Origin: Methanothrix sp.
Lineage (GTDB): Archaea > Halobacteriota > Methanosarcinia > Methanotrichales > Methanotrichaceae
DNA: 29,102 nt
Direction: 5' to 3'
NCBI GenBank assembly: GCA_037128175.1
Contig: JBAXWY010000036.1
Coordinates: forward strand, 1-29,102
Shown here: piece after piece, positions 17,726 through 27,139 of the stretch
How positions within the stretch are numbered: position 1 is the first letter of the stretch
Layout: every line of letters begins with the position of its first letter
Translations under genes and position numbers: made by a program
The notes under the pieces: generated by a model
Databases searched by the model: none
Seen by the model: only the letters and a program-made list of their open reading frames with translations
Told to the model about the DNA's origin: nothing

Positions 17726-18328
17726 ATGCGCAATTTCATCGTTGTCGGTCACAAGGCCACCACCGCCCCTAATTTCTCATTGGAAGACATCCCCGGCACC
17801 TCCGGCCGTCTGGATATTCTCTGCCGCGCCGTCACTGCCGCCTTCGTCATCTCGCACGGCATTCGAAAGGATGTTTGCGTTTACCTGGTGCTGCTGGGCG
17901 GGGAGATTCCCAAGACCATACGGCTCGTGGGCGAGACGCTGCGCCATCTCAATCCGGACGAGCGCACCACGGCCGCTCTGCTCAAGAAGGCCCTGGCCGT
18001 GCCGGCCACGCCGGAGTGGGCCATGTCCACTTCCGGCATCTTTGTACGCACCGGCAACCTGACGGAGCTGCTGGCCGATCTGAAAGAAACGAAATTGATC
18101 TACCTGCGCGAGGACGGCGCGGATATTAGCGGCCTTGATACCGGCAGTCTTTCCGGTGAGGCGGCCTTCATACTGGGAGACCACACCGGCATGACGCCGG
18201 AAGAGGAGGCTCTGATCGAGCAGGCCGGGGCAAAGATCGTCTCCCTGGGATCGACCAGCCTGCATGCCGACCATTGCATTGTTCTCTTAAACTGGTTCCT
18301 GGACACCAACGTCTTTATGCAGGGATGA
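17726..18328 (+). CDS. trmY: tRNA (pseudouridine54-N1)-methyltransferase
   Basis: 'GRLDILCR', 'LNPDER', 'FILGDHTG', 'SLHADHCI'; SPOUT fold. Start at 17726. Confidence 0.95.
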   Translation: MRNFIVVGHKATTAPNFSLEDIPGTSGRLDILCRAVTAAFVISHGIRKDVCVYLVLLGGEIPKTIRLVGETLRHLNPDERTTAALLKKALAVPATPEWAMSTSGIFVRTGNLTELLADLKETKLIYLREDGADISGLDTGSLSGEAAFILGDHTGMTPEEEALIEQAGAKIVSLGSTSLHADHCIVLLNWFLDTNVFMQG

Positions 18329-18364
18329 TGATAATATCGGTTTGAATGAAAATGGAGCTAAGAC

Positions 18365-18610
18365 ATGTCTGAATCAAAGAGCCCAATAATCGCAGTGATA
18401 TTGAACCTCCTCATCGCTGGACTGGGCCACGTTTATTTGGGGTACACCAAGCGAGGAATAGTTCTGTTCTTATTGACCGTCCTGATTGCAGTCATCAGCT
18501 CGGGATTGGGCTGGATCGTGGGCGTAATCCTCTGCTCATACGATGCCTGGCAGCTTGCCAAGAATAGACCTGCGCCCTTCGACTTCCTGGCGAAATATAT
18601 CGACGAATAG
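18365..18610 (+). CDS. Small membrane protein (TM2-like)
   Basis: 'KSPIIAVILNLLIAGLGHVYLG..KRG' followed by hydrophobic helices. Confidence 0.8.
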   Translation: MSESKSPIIAVILNLLIAGLGHVYLGYTKRGIVLFLLTVLIAVISSGLGWIVGVILCSYDAWQLAKNRPAPFDFLAKYIDE

Positions 18611-18785
18611 ATTTCAAAAACTTTATCTTTTTGAATCCTTTTTGCGCTGCAAATAAGTTATCTTGGCTTCCTCATAACGGAAGACGCTCCAATTCCCTCC
18701 AGACATGATACAAATCCTCTCCGGGATGGATCAATTGCAAGCTCTAATAAACCAGAAGTGTGAACGCAAGATATGAAGAGTCATT

Positions 18786-20180
18786 ATGAGCGAAGACAAT
18801 TTAGAGAATCTAGAGAATCCCAAAGACAACATCCTTGACACGGCCCGAAAGATCATCAGCTTCGGCCCCATCTGCGACAATTGCCTGGGCCGCCAGTTTG
18901 CCATGCTCTCCACCGGCCTTACCAATGCCGAGCGCGGGTGCTCCCTCAAGACAGCCCTGGCCATGCAGGCCGCCGTCGATGACGACCGCGCCTTGCTTGA
19001 AGAGCTGGCCCCCTCCTTCCGATCGGCGCGCCTCAAATTGGGCCGCAAAGATGAGGAGGATGCCCGTTGCACGGTCTGCCTGGGCGAGATGGCCCCCCCA
19101 AATCTGGACGCCTGGGCGGACAAAGCGGCTGCTGCCATCGCGGGCCGGGAGATCGAGACCCTGGTGGTGGGGACAAGGATGTCCGGCCTTTTGGCTGAGA
19201 ACGAGGAATTGCTGCTGGCGGACGGCGGCTCCACCCACGCCGAGCCTTTCAAGTCGGAGCTGAATCGCGAAGTGGGAAAGAGGCTTTCCATCCAGACAGG
19301 GAAGACGGTTGATTTGAAGAACCCGGATGTGGTAGTTCACCTCAATTTGGAAAAAGGCGAGGTGGAGCTGCAGATCGCGTCTCTCTTCATTCGCGGGCGC
19401 TACCGGAAGCTCGTGCGCGGCATTCCCCAGACACGCTGGCCCTGTCGCGAATGTCGCGGCCGCGGCTGCCCGCGTTGCCAGGGCACGGGCAAAATGTACC
19501 AGGAGTCAGTGGATGAGCTGATCCGCCCGGCTGTGATGGCGGCAGCCGCAGCCGAAGACACCGTTTTTCACGGCGCAGGTCGCGAGGACATCGACGCCCG
19601 CATGATAGGCACCGGTCGTCCCTTCATTGTCGAGGCGGTGCGCCCTCTCATCAGGACAATCGATCTGGCCGCACTGGAGGCAGAGATCAACCGCCATGCT
19701 GCGGGCAAAGTGGAGGTCCTGGGCCTCGCCAAGGCGCATTCTGCAATGGTAGAGAAGATCAAAGAGGCCACATTTGAGAAGACTTACTCCGCCCTGGTAA
19801 GGCTTGGTGCCGAGGTTTCAGAAGAAAAGCTTAAATCTGTCCTGAAAGAATTGGAAGGGCCGATCGATCAGCGTACGCCAACCCGCGTGTCTCACCGAAG
19901 GGCAGATAAAGTCAGAGTGAGGAAAGTTCACAGCGCTGATCTACTAGAGGTTACGGGCAACTTGGCCCGCATAAATATTAGAGGCGACAGCGGTCTGTAT
20001 ATCAAGGAGCTGATCTCCGGAGACGGAGGCAGAACCCGCCCGAACCTCGCAGAAATCCTTAGAGTCGACGCAATCGTCGAAGAATTAGATGTAATAGATG
20101 TAGGTGGAGAATCAGATGGCACATCATCACGGAATGCGGAAGAAGTCAAGAGACAAGCTGAGCAGGACAGTCAGGGCTAG
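18786..20180 (+). CDS. pus10: tRNA pseudouridine(54/55) synthase Pus10
   Basis: 'CDNCLGRQF', 'GRYRKLVRGIPQTRW', 'GAGREDIDARM', 'QRTPTRVSHRR', 'GLYIKELISGD.GRT.P'. Confidence 0.96.
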   Translation: MSEDNLENLENPKDNILDTARKIISFGPICDNCLGRQFAMLSTGLTNAERGCSLKTALAMQAAVDDDRALLEELAPSFRSARLKLGRKDEEDARCTVCLGEMAPPNLDAWADKAAAAIAGREIETLVVGTRMSGLLAENEELLLADGGSTHAEPFKSELNREVGKRLSIQTGKTVDLKNPDVVVHLNLEKGEVELQIASLFIRGRYRKLVRGIPQTRWPCRECRGRGCPRCQGTGKMYQESVDELIRPAVMAAAAAEDTVFHGAGREDIDARMIGTGRPFIVEAVRPLIRTIDLAALEAEINRHAAGKVEVLGLAKAHSAMVEKIKEATFEKTYSALVRLGAEVSEEKLKSVLKELEGPIDQRTPTRVSHRRADKVRVRKVHSADLLEVTGNLARINIRGDSGLYIKELISGDGGRTRPNLAEILRVDAIVEELDVIDVGGESDGTSSRNAEEVKRQAEQDSQG

Positions 20181-20406
20181 GGGCATATCCCCGGTAGTCA
20201 GGGCGATTCAGGAGTTCGAGACGGGCGCAATGGTCCATGTGATCATCGATCCGAGCATACACAAGGGCATGCCTCACCCCAGGTTCCACGGAAAAACGGG
20301 CGAGGTTGTAGGAAAGAGAGGTAGAGCCTTTGTCCTGAAGGTCACTGATGGCAACGCCACCAAGACCTTGATCACATTACCAGAACATCTGACGGCACAA
20401 AAATAG
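20116..20406 (+). CDS. rpl21e: 50S ribosomal protein L21e
   Basis: 'IDPSIHKGMPHPRFHGKTG...PEHL'. The ATG at 20116 follows AGGTGGAG. Confidence 0.96.
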   Translation: MAHHHGMRKKSRDKLSRTVRARGISPVVRAIQEFETGAMVHVIIDPSIHKGMPHPRFHGKTGEVVGKRGRAFVLKVTDGNATKTLITLPEHLTAQK

Positions 20407-20751
20407 ATGATTGTCAAAAGCATATTGCAGGAGGACATCCTGACCATGGCGGAAGTCAGGGAGATCCTAGACCAGATCCGGCTGAAGCGAGCCGATGAAG
20501 AGGAACTGGGTTACGAACTGCGCAGGGCCATCAGACATGCAGACCTCTTTAGCAAGGGCACTGCTGAAGAAAGCCTGGCAATGGTAGCGGAGCTCATGAA
20601 GCTGGAAAAGATAAACAAGGTAATTGCCGTAAAGATCGCCGATGTCAGGCCCGTCACGAAGGATGAACTGAGGGCGATTTATGCCAAGGAACGGTTCACC
20701 TTAAGCGAAGAAGAGCTCAACAGTATTTTAGAGATAGTATTCAGGGGGTAA
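20407..20751 (+). CDS. rpo4: DNA-directed RNA polymerase subunit Rpo4 (F)
   Basis: 'AVKIADVRP...ELRAIYAKER'; conserved position after rpl21e. Confidence 0.93.
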   Translation: MIVKSILQEDILTMAEVREILDQIRLKRADEEELGYELRRAIRHADLFSKGTAEESLAMVAELMKLEKINKVIAVKIADVRPVTKDELRAIYAKERFTLSEEELNSILEIVFRG

Positions 20752-20757
20752 AGGCAC

Positions 20758-21339
20758 ATGCCTGAGGGGAGACCGCCGAAGAGAGAAGAGGTAGCTAGGA
20801 TTCTCGATTACCTCCCCTATGGACGTACTCCTGACTCCAGGAGCTACCAAAAGCAACCTCTTATCCAGGCCGTAGGAGAAGCCAACTTCGTTCTCATGGA
20901 GATGACACCCAAGGAGAATGTAGTTCCTACAGCCGGAACTCGAGTCTACATCGGCAGCGGTAGTCGTGATATCATAGACCATGTCAATCGCAGAATCGAC
21001 TATTCAGAGCTGTCTAACAACGCCAAACTCGAGCTAACTTATCAGATTGTGAGCATAGTCCTGGAAAATGAAGCCCGGTTCATCCGATACTTTAACGAGG
21101 CCGGACCCATAACCACGCGTATGCACGCTCTGGAGCTATTGCCCGGGATCGGCAAAAAGCTGATGTGGGCGGTGCTCAATGAGCGCAAGAAAGGAGTTTT
21201 CAAGAACTTTGCCGATCTGATGGAGAGGGTGAAGGGGTTGCACAATCCCGAGAAGATCATCTACAGGCGCGTCGAGGACGAGCTGATGGATGACAAAATC
21301 AAATACCGCGTCTTTACCACAGTGCCCCGCGCGAGATGA
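20758..21339 (+). CDS. DUF655 family putative RNA-binding protein
   Basis: 'LDYLPYG', 'FNEAGPITTRMHALELLPGIGKK' (HhH); conserved archaeal gene order. Confidence 0.92.
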   Translation: MPEGRPPKREEVARILDYLPYGRTPDSRSYQKQPLIQAVGEANFVLMEMTPKENVVPTAGTRVYIGSGSRDIIDHVNRRIDYSELSNNAKLELTYQIVSIVLENEARFIRYFNEAGPITTRMHALELLPGIGKKLMWAVLNERKKGVFKNFADLMERVKGLHNPEKIIYRRVEDELMDDKIKYRVFTTVPRAR

Positions 21340-22079
21340 AGCTGGGGCAGCATTTTCTCATGGATCGCGCTGCCATATCGCGCATCGCGAACTATGCCGA
21401 TCTGGGACCGCAGGACAGTGTGCTGGAGATTGGACCGGGGTCTGGAAATCTCACCGAGGCGCTGGCCTCTCGAGCCGGCCATGTTTGTGCGGTGGAGATA
21501 GATCCCGATCTGGCCGCGCAGCTTTCCGGCCGCTTTTCTAACGTCCAGGTGATAATGGGCGATGCACTGAAGGTACAGCTTCCCCCTTACAATAAGATCG
21601 TCTCCAATTTTCCCTATCAGATCTCGTCTAAGATCACCTACCGTTTGCTCTCCCGGCCCTTTGAGACGGCAGTTTTGATGTACCAGTGGGAGTTTGCAGA
21701 GCGTATGGCAGCAGCCGTCGGCAGCGAGGAGTACGGCCGTCTGGCCATGGTCGCGGGCTTCTTCTGCCGCATCGAGATTTTGGAGAAGGTCTCCAAGATG
21801 GCCTTTCGACCTGTGCCCCAGGTTGACTCAGCAGTCGTGCGGCTACAGCCCCGATCGGATCGGCCTCTGGCGGACGGGGCGGATTTCATGAGGCTGGCCG
21901 AGGGGCTCTTCAACAATAGACGCAAAAAAGTAAAGAAGGGCCTGGCGGCATTGGGAGCAGGCCCGCGGGCAATAGCGGAGCTGGATGCCACCCTTTTGGA
22001 GAGAAGGCCGGAGGATCTAACGCCGGATGAGGCGGCAAGCCTTGTCGGGGCCATATCCAAGAATCCAGCTCATGAGTGA
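21336..22079 (+). CDS. ksgA: 16S rRNA dimethyladenosine transferase
   Basis: 'LGQHFL', 'LEIGPGSG', 'SNFPYQISS', 'F.P.PQVDSAVV', 'RRKK'. Confidence 0.96.
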   Translation: MKLGQHFLMDRAAISRIANYADLGPQDSVLEIGPGSGNLTEALASRAGHVCAVEIDPDLAAQLSGRFSNVQVIMGDALKVQLPPYNKIVSNFPYQISSKITYRLLSRPFETAVLMYQWEFAERMAAAVGSEEYGRLAMVAGFFCRIEILEKVSKMAFRPVPQVDSAVVRLQPRSDRPLADGADFMRLAEGLFNNRRKKVKKGLAALGAGPRAIAELDATLLERRPEDLTPDEAASLVGAISKNPAHE

Positions 22080-22083
22080 TCAT

Positions 22084-22131
22084 AGACTACTACCACGCTC
22101 ACCACAAAGACACAAAGGCACAAAGACGACT
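22084..22131. repeat. Degenerate right arm of the same repeat family, copy C
   Basis: AGACTACTACC (identical to 7742-7752), then ACCACAAAGACACAAAGGCACAAAG-ACGACT, paralleling 16886-16915. Confidence 0.65.
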
Positions 22132-22291
22132 CTGCTAAGATGCTTCCTCGCTACGGTTAGATCCCTTGAATCACGGATTTAATTATCGCAAGCAGATGAG
22201 ACCGAACCACAGAGGCAAAATCTAGTGGTTTGTTTCCACCATAAATGCAAACACTAAAATAAATCTACGCCGTTGCACCGGCTGATCTCTC

Positions 22292-23461
22292 ATGTCCTCT
22301 CCCAAATCCAGCAAGAATATACTACTATTAGGTTTTGTCAGCCTGCTTAACGACATCAGCAGCGAGATCATTCAGCCCATTCTCCCGCTCTTTATCGCCT
22401 CTTTGGGAGGCGGCTCCATGGCCGTTGGTCTCATCGGTGGCATAAGCGACGGCTTGCCCAGCCTGCTCAAGGTTCTAGCCGGATACTGGTCCGACCGGCT
22501 GGGCAAGAGAAAACCGCTGGTGGTGGCCGGTTATGCACTTTCGGCGGTGGGCAAGCTCTTTTTACCCGCGGCCACCTCCTGGCAGCAAGTCTTCCTGCTC
22601 AAGACCCTGGAGAGAAGCGGCAAAGGAGTGCGCTCTGCTCCCAGGGACGCCATGATCTCCGAGTCGGCTGAAGAAGGCAGGCGAGGAAGGGGCTTTGGGC
22701 TACATAGAGCCATGGACTCCACGGGCGCGGTTATCGGCTCGATCCTGGCCTATCTTCTCTGGCAGGAGGGCATGAGCTACAGCTCCATATTCATGGTGGC
22801 AGGGGTACTGTCCGTGCTGGCTCTGCTTCCTTTCTACAGTGTAAAAGAGAGCTTTCGAGCTCCGAGCTGCATGGTCAGACTGAAGCTCTCCGATCTTTCG
22901 CCGGAGCTACGCCGTTTCCTGGGTCTAGCCGGTCTTTTCGCTTTAGGCAACTTCAGCTACATGTTCTTCATCCTGCGCGCCCAGGGGCTTTTTTCAGGGG
23001 CAGAGGCGGTGGCCGCGCCCCTTCTGCTTTATGCGCTCTTCAACTTAGTCTACGCCCTGCTGGCGTTGCCCGTTGGTATCTGGTCGGACCGGGTGGGCCG
23101 GAGAAAAGTCCTGGCCCTGGGATACGCCCTCTTTGCCCTGACTGCCCTGGGATTTGCCTTCGTCACCTCTTTAGCGGGCCTGATAGCTCTCTTTGCCCTC
23201 TACGGGCTGGTCTATGCACTGGTGGACGGCTCGGAGAGAGCTTATGTATCCGACCTGAGCATCGCCAGTATGCGCGGCAGCTCTCTGGGGATTTATTACG
23301 GAGCCATTGGTGTGGTGGCTATTTTATCCAGCCTCCTGGCCGGAGCCCTCTGGGCCTGGTGGGGGGCAGAGGCGACATTCATCTTCGGGGCGGGAGCGGC
23401 GACGCTGGCGGCGGTGGGGCTGCTGGGGATGAAAAAGACGGACGCTTTGGCAATACCTTAA
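22292..23461 (+). CDS. MFS transporter
   Basis: About 12 hydrophobic segments; motif A 'GYWSDRLGKRK' and 'GIWSDRVGRRK'. Confidence 0.93.
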   Translation: MSSPKSSKNILLLGFVSLLNDISSEIIQPILPLFIASLGGGSMAVGLIGGISDGLPSLLKVLAGYWSDRLGKRKPLVVAGYALSAVGKLFLPAATSWQQVFLLKTLERSGKGVRSAPRDAMISESAEEGRRGRGFGLHRAMDSTGAVIGSILAYLLWQEGMSYSSIFMVAGVLSVLALLPFYSVKESFRAPSCMVRLKLSDLSPELRRFLGLAGLFALGNFSYMFFILRAQGLFSGAEAVAAPLLLYALFNLVYALLALPVGIWSDRVGRRKVLALGYALFALTALGFAFVTSLAGLIALFALYGLVYALVDGSERAYVSDLSIASMRGSSLGIYYGAIGVVAILSSLLAGALWAWWGAEATFIFGAGAATLAAVGLLGMKKTDALAIP

Positions 23462-23487
23462 ATAAATACGGTGCATAAGTAATAACC

Positions 23488-23742
23488 ATGTCCATGGAAG
23501 ATACGCAAAAGCGGCTGAAGGAATTACTTTCCAAAGGTGTGTCTGAAGAGCTAATGCTCCGGCAGCTCAGCCTGGCGGATGGATGCGGACTCAAAGTATT
23601 CTGCGAGCAGCAGATCGTTCCCGGCACAGAAAAGAAGATACACCGCTGGTGCGGATATATCACTCACTGCGACGACCCTGCGGAGAGCATACCGGAGACC
23701 GTCTACGGCGCCTGGATGGATGGAGGCTGCCCGGGAAAGTGA
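23488..23742 (+). CDS. Hypothetical protein (84 aa, five Cys)
   Basis: Fills the gap between two co-oriented genes; no recognisable family. Confidence 0.65.
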   Translation: MSMEDTQKRLKELLSKGVSEELMLRQLSLADGCGLKVFCEQQIVPGTEKKIHRWCGYITHCDDPAESIPETVYGAWMDGGCPGK

Positions 23743-23781
23743 TTAGATATTCTTAACAGTGAGGAGAGACATTATATTTTT

Positions 23782-24912
23782 ATGGATTTCAATGTTAAAG
23801 TAAACGAGGACCTAAAATTAACATCCCTCACAGAAATCGACCTGCACTCTCTGGCAGAGATAAGAGATACGAAGGATACCTTCCTGACAATCTATTTTGG
23901 AGCTACGGGAAGGGATCGCGACCAATCCTTTGTAGCATCAAGGCTGAGTATCATTCAGAAAGCCATGCCAAAAGATCTATTGGAGGCTTTTCAAGAGACG
24001 CTTGGCATGGTAGAGGCCGCTCTGTCAGCACCAGGCATAAAAGGTGAACGTGGCCGGGTCATCTTTGCCTCAGCCACCGCCGGCTTCCTGCACGTCTACA
24101 GATTGAGCGTGGAGCCGGAGCCGCTCGTTGTTTATGATATCTCGCCGTTTCTTCTCCCCCTGGCAAAGCTGAAGGAAGAGTACGAGGACTACGGCCTTTT
24201 GCTCATCGACTCTCAGGAGGCAAGGCTCTTTTTGGTGAGGTCTAACTTGCTGGAGGAGAACGAGAATGCCTCCATAGACCTCATGAACAAGCACAAGAAA
24301 GGAGGTTGGAGCCAGATGCGCTACAACCGCCTCAGAAGGGGGCAGATCGATTCCTTCTTCACCCAGCTTATAGAAGATTTGCAGAAGAACGAAGATCTGA
24401 CCAAGATGCGCGGCCTGGTGGTGGCCGGTCCGGGCGAGGCCAAGGGCCAGCTTGTAGAGATGATGCCTCAAGCCCTGAAGGATAAGGTCATAGGAACTGT
24501 GGATATCTCTATGGATGCATCCTCGAAAGACCTGTTGAATCTAGGCAAGGATTTTGCCCATGAGGACCAGCTTTCCCGGGAAAAAGTTCTGGCTGAAAGG
24601 CTGAAAGAAGCCGTGCTGCGTGGTCATCCTGCTGCCTGTGGTCTGGCGGAAGTTGGGAATGCTCTAAAGGATGGACGTGTGAATTACCTTTTGATCTCGG
24701 AAGGCTTTGCCCTGCCTGGAATGATCTGCACGAGCTGCCAGCAAATCGATTCAGAGGGAGATAAGTGCCCCACCTGCGGCGGGGAGGCAGCGGCACTCAG
24801 CCTGGAAAGCCTCTATGAGTTGGCAGAGAGAATGGGCGCAGAAGTGGCTTTGGTAGAGGACGACGCTTTCCTGGAAAGCATTGGGAATATAGGGGCAATA
24901 CTCAGGTACTGA
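23782..24912 (+). CDS. eRF1/aeRF1-fold release-factor paralogue (baeRF/VLRF1-like)
   Basis: 'KHKKGGWSQMRY' in place of GGQ, 'VVAGPG', a CxxC...CxxC ribbon and a terminal 'IGAILRY'. No NIKS or YxCxxxF motif. Confidence 0.85.
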   Translation: MDFNVKVNEDLKLTSLTEIDLHSLAEIRDTKDTFLTIYFGATGRDRDQSFVASRLSIIQKAMPKDLLEAFQETLGMVEAALSAPGIKGERGRVIFASATAGFLHVYRLSVEPEPLVVYDISPFLLPLAKLKEEYEDYGLLLIDSQEARLFLVRSNLLEENENASIDLMNKHKKGGWSQMRYNRLRRGQIDSFFTQLIEDLQKNEDLTKMRGLVVAGPGEAKGQLVEMMPQALKDKVIGTVDISMDASSKDLLNLGKDFAHEDQLSREKVLAERLKEAVLRGHPAACGLAEVGNALKDGRVNYLLISEGFALPGMICTSCQQIDSEGDKCPTCGGEAAALSLESLYELAERMGAEVALVEDDAFLESIGNIGAILRY

Positions 24913-24955
24913 AAGGATTTTAGTAGTGGGGCAAGAATTGCCCCTGCTTTTTCCC

Positions 24956-26389
24956 TCACATCCCCAGGCGGATGTGCTTCGTCTCCAAATAAGCCTCCAG
25001 GCCATGGTGCCCCAGCTCTCGCCCCAGGCCGCTCTCCTTCCATCCGCCAAAGGGCGCTTGCAGATCCACCACATTGTTCACATTAACCCCGATGCCTCCT
25101 GCCTCCAGCCCTTCTGCAGCACGTAGCGCCGTCTTGAGGTCATTGGTAAAGACGTAGGCGGCCAGGCCGTACTCGCTGTCGTTAGCGAGAGCTACGGCCT
25201 CCTCCAGCGTCTTGAATTTCATGATGGGAGCCACCGGTCCAAAGGTCTCCTCTCGCATAACTCGCATGCAGTGGTCAGCTTCACCCAGCACCGTGGGCTG
25301 GAAGAAGTAACCCTTCAGATAAGCCTCGCCCCTCGGCTCACTGCCGCCCGAAAGAAGCTCTGCACCTTTTTCAAGCGCGTCGGCCACATGATCCTTGGTC
25401 CTCTCCCGCTGCGCCCCGCTGAACATGGGCCCCAGATCCACATCCGGCTGCAGGCCATCGCCGATCTTGAGCCGCTCGGCTCGCCTGACCAATTCCTCTG
25501 TGAACGGCTCGGCCACATCTTCCGCCACATAAATTCGATTGACACTGATGCAGATCTGGCCCATGTTGGAGAAGGCACGCTGGGCGGCCGCTGTGGCGGC
25601 GGCCTCTAAGTCGGCGTCCGGGCAGACGATAAAGGGCGACTGACCGCCCAGCTCCAGGGAGACGCGCTTGATGTGCGCTGCCGCGTGAGCCATAATCTCG
25701 CGACCGGTCTGTGTCTCTCCGGTAAAGGCGATCTTTCGGGAGATGGGATTTTCCACCAATTCCGCACCCACCTCGCTCCCAGGCCCGTGCACTACGTTCG
25801 CCGCGCCCGCGGGAAGGCCAGCTTCGCTCACCGCCCGCACAAACTCTGTGGCCGCCAGCGGGGCCTTGCTAGGCGGTTTGGCCACGAAGGTGCAGCCCGC
25901 GGCAAGGCAGGGGCCGACCTTCCAGGCCAAAAGATCCACGGGAAAGTTCCAGGGGGTGATGAGAGCGGCAACGCCCACCGGCTGCCGGAGCACGATGCTG
26001 CGGCTGTGCGAGGAAGTGATCCACTCGCCAAAGTTTCTTTTGCCTTCTTCTGCGTAAAAATCGAGAACGTCCGCCGAGGAGAGCAACTCCATTTTAGCGT
26101 TCTTGAGGGGCTTGCCCATCTCCAGAGTCAGCAGCCTGGCTATTTGCTCGGCTCGCTGCCGTACTAAGTGCGCAGCAGCGTGCAAGATCTTAGCCCGCTC
26201 TTGGCTGGAGGTTGCCGACCAGATGGGGAAAGCCTTCTTGGCCGCCTGCAAGGCCTGGCAAGCATCCAGGCGCGTGCCCACGGCCACTTGAGCCACCGGC
26301 TCCTGGTTGGCCGGGTTGTAGATGATTTCAACTCTACCGGATAAGGAGGCGACATCTTCTCCGTTGATGAGCATTTGTGATTGGTGCAT
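24956..26389 (-). CDS. NAD(P)-dependent aldehyde dehydrogenase (succinate-semialdehyde dehydrogenase-like)
   Basis: 'TPWNFP', 'FTGET', 'LELGG', catalytic Cys in 'GQICIS', 'EETFGPV', 'PFGGWKESGLGRE'. Confidence 0.95.
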   Translation of the reverse strand: MHQSQMLINGEDVASLSGRVEIIYNPANQEPVAQVAVGTRLDACQALQAAKKAFPIWSATSSQERAKILHAAAHLVRQRAEQIARLLTLEMGKPLKNAKMELLSSADVLDFYAEEGKRNFGEWITSSHSRSIVLRQPVGVAALITPWNFPVDLLAWKVGPCLAAGCTFVAKPPSKAPLAATEFVRAVSEAGLPAGAANVVHGPGSEVGAELVENPISRKIAFTGETQTGREIMAHAAAHIKRVSLELGGQSPFIVCPDADLEAAATAAAQRAFSNMGQICISVNRIYVAEDVAEPFTEELVRRAERLKIGDGLQPDVDLGPMFSGAQRERTKDHVADALEKGAELLSGGSEPRGEAYLKGYFFQPTVLGEADHCMRVMREETFGPVAPIMKFKTLEEAVALANDSEYGLAAYVFTNDLKTALRAAEGLEAGGIGVNVNNVVDLQAPFGGWKESGLGRELGHHGLEAYLETKHIRLGM

Positions 26390-26530
26390 AAACGACCTCT
26401 TTGTTGCTTGTCTCTGTTACTCACGTGCATCTATAATTTTGCTTTTTCATCTGTCAATGTATTATTAATATTAAGGGTATTATATGACAGTAAAAGATAA
26501 GAAACTGTATGACTCTTGGAGAGATGAAAT

Positions 26531-27070
26531 ATGAATGGTTTTGTCGAATCTATTGATTCATGGCGAGATTTCTACATGCTGACAGGTTCAGCATCTGCAA
26601 CCCTTGTTGGTTTGATCTTTGTTGCAGTTACATTGCATATTGATGTCATAGCCGAGGCAAAAAAGTCAAGCGACATTCGCATGCTGGCCGAAGAAATATT
26701 TATAAATTTCTTGATGATTTTATCTTTTGCTTTCATTTTCACGGTCCCTTCCGATACACCCTCTGGAATCGGATATCCGCTTCTCATTCTGGGAACGATA
26801 CAAATAGTGCATACATCCGCTTTGTGGCTGAGATTCTTAAGAAGCAAGGGCGAGAATAGAGCCTTCACATCAAGCATGATCTTGAGAGGACTATTGATTC
26901 CCAATACGATCTGTTACTTGACTTTGATAGTTATCGGGGCAGATGTCCTGCAGGGAAAGACTCGATACCTGGGTTGGATGGTGATGGTAATAGTATGGTT
27001 GATCATCGCCGCTGTCGAGAATACCTGGCATTTGATGATGAGAGTTGCCGAGCTGAAGCGAAACCGCTGA
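26531..27070 (+). CDS. Hypothetical integral membrane protein
   Basis: 'WRDFYMLTGSASATLVGLIFVAVTL' and about five transmembrane segments; visibly AT-richer than its neighbours. Confidence 0.8.
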   Translation: MNGFVESIDSWRDFYMLTGSASATLVGLIFVAVTLHIDVIAEAKKSSDIRMLAEEIFINFLMILSFAFIFTVPSDTPSGIGYPLLILGTIQIVHTSALWLRFLRSKGENRAFTSSMILRGLLIPNTICYLTLIVIGADVLQGKTRYLGWMVMVIVWLIIAAVENTWHLMMRVAELKRNR

Positions 27071-27139
27071 AAAAGTATTTAGGCTTGAATGGCTAGCGTT
27101 GTTCTCGATGCAGCCGCATAGAATTGGGGGACGTGCACT

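Noticed and set aside
17726-22079. trmY-pus10-rpl21e-rpo4-DUF655-ksgA clustering as a novelty
   Set aside because: This is a well-known conserved archaeal gene neighbourhood.
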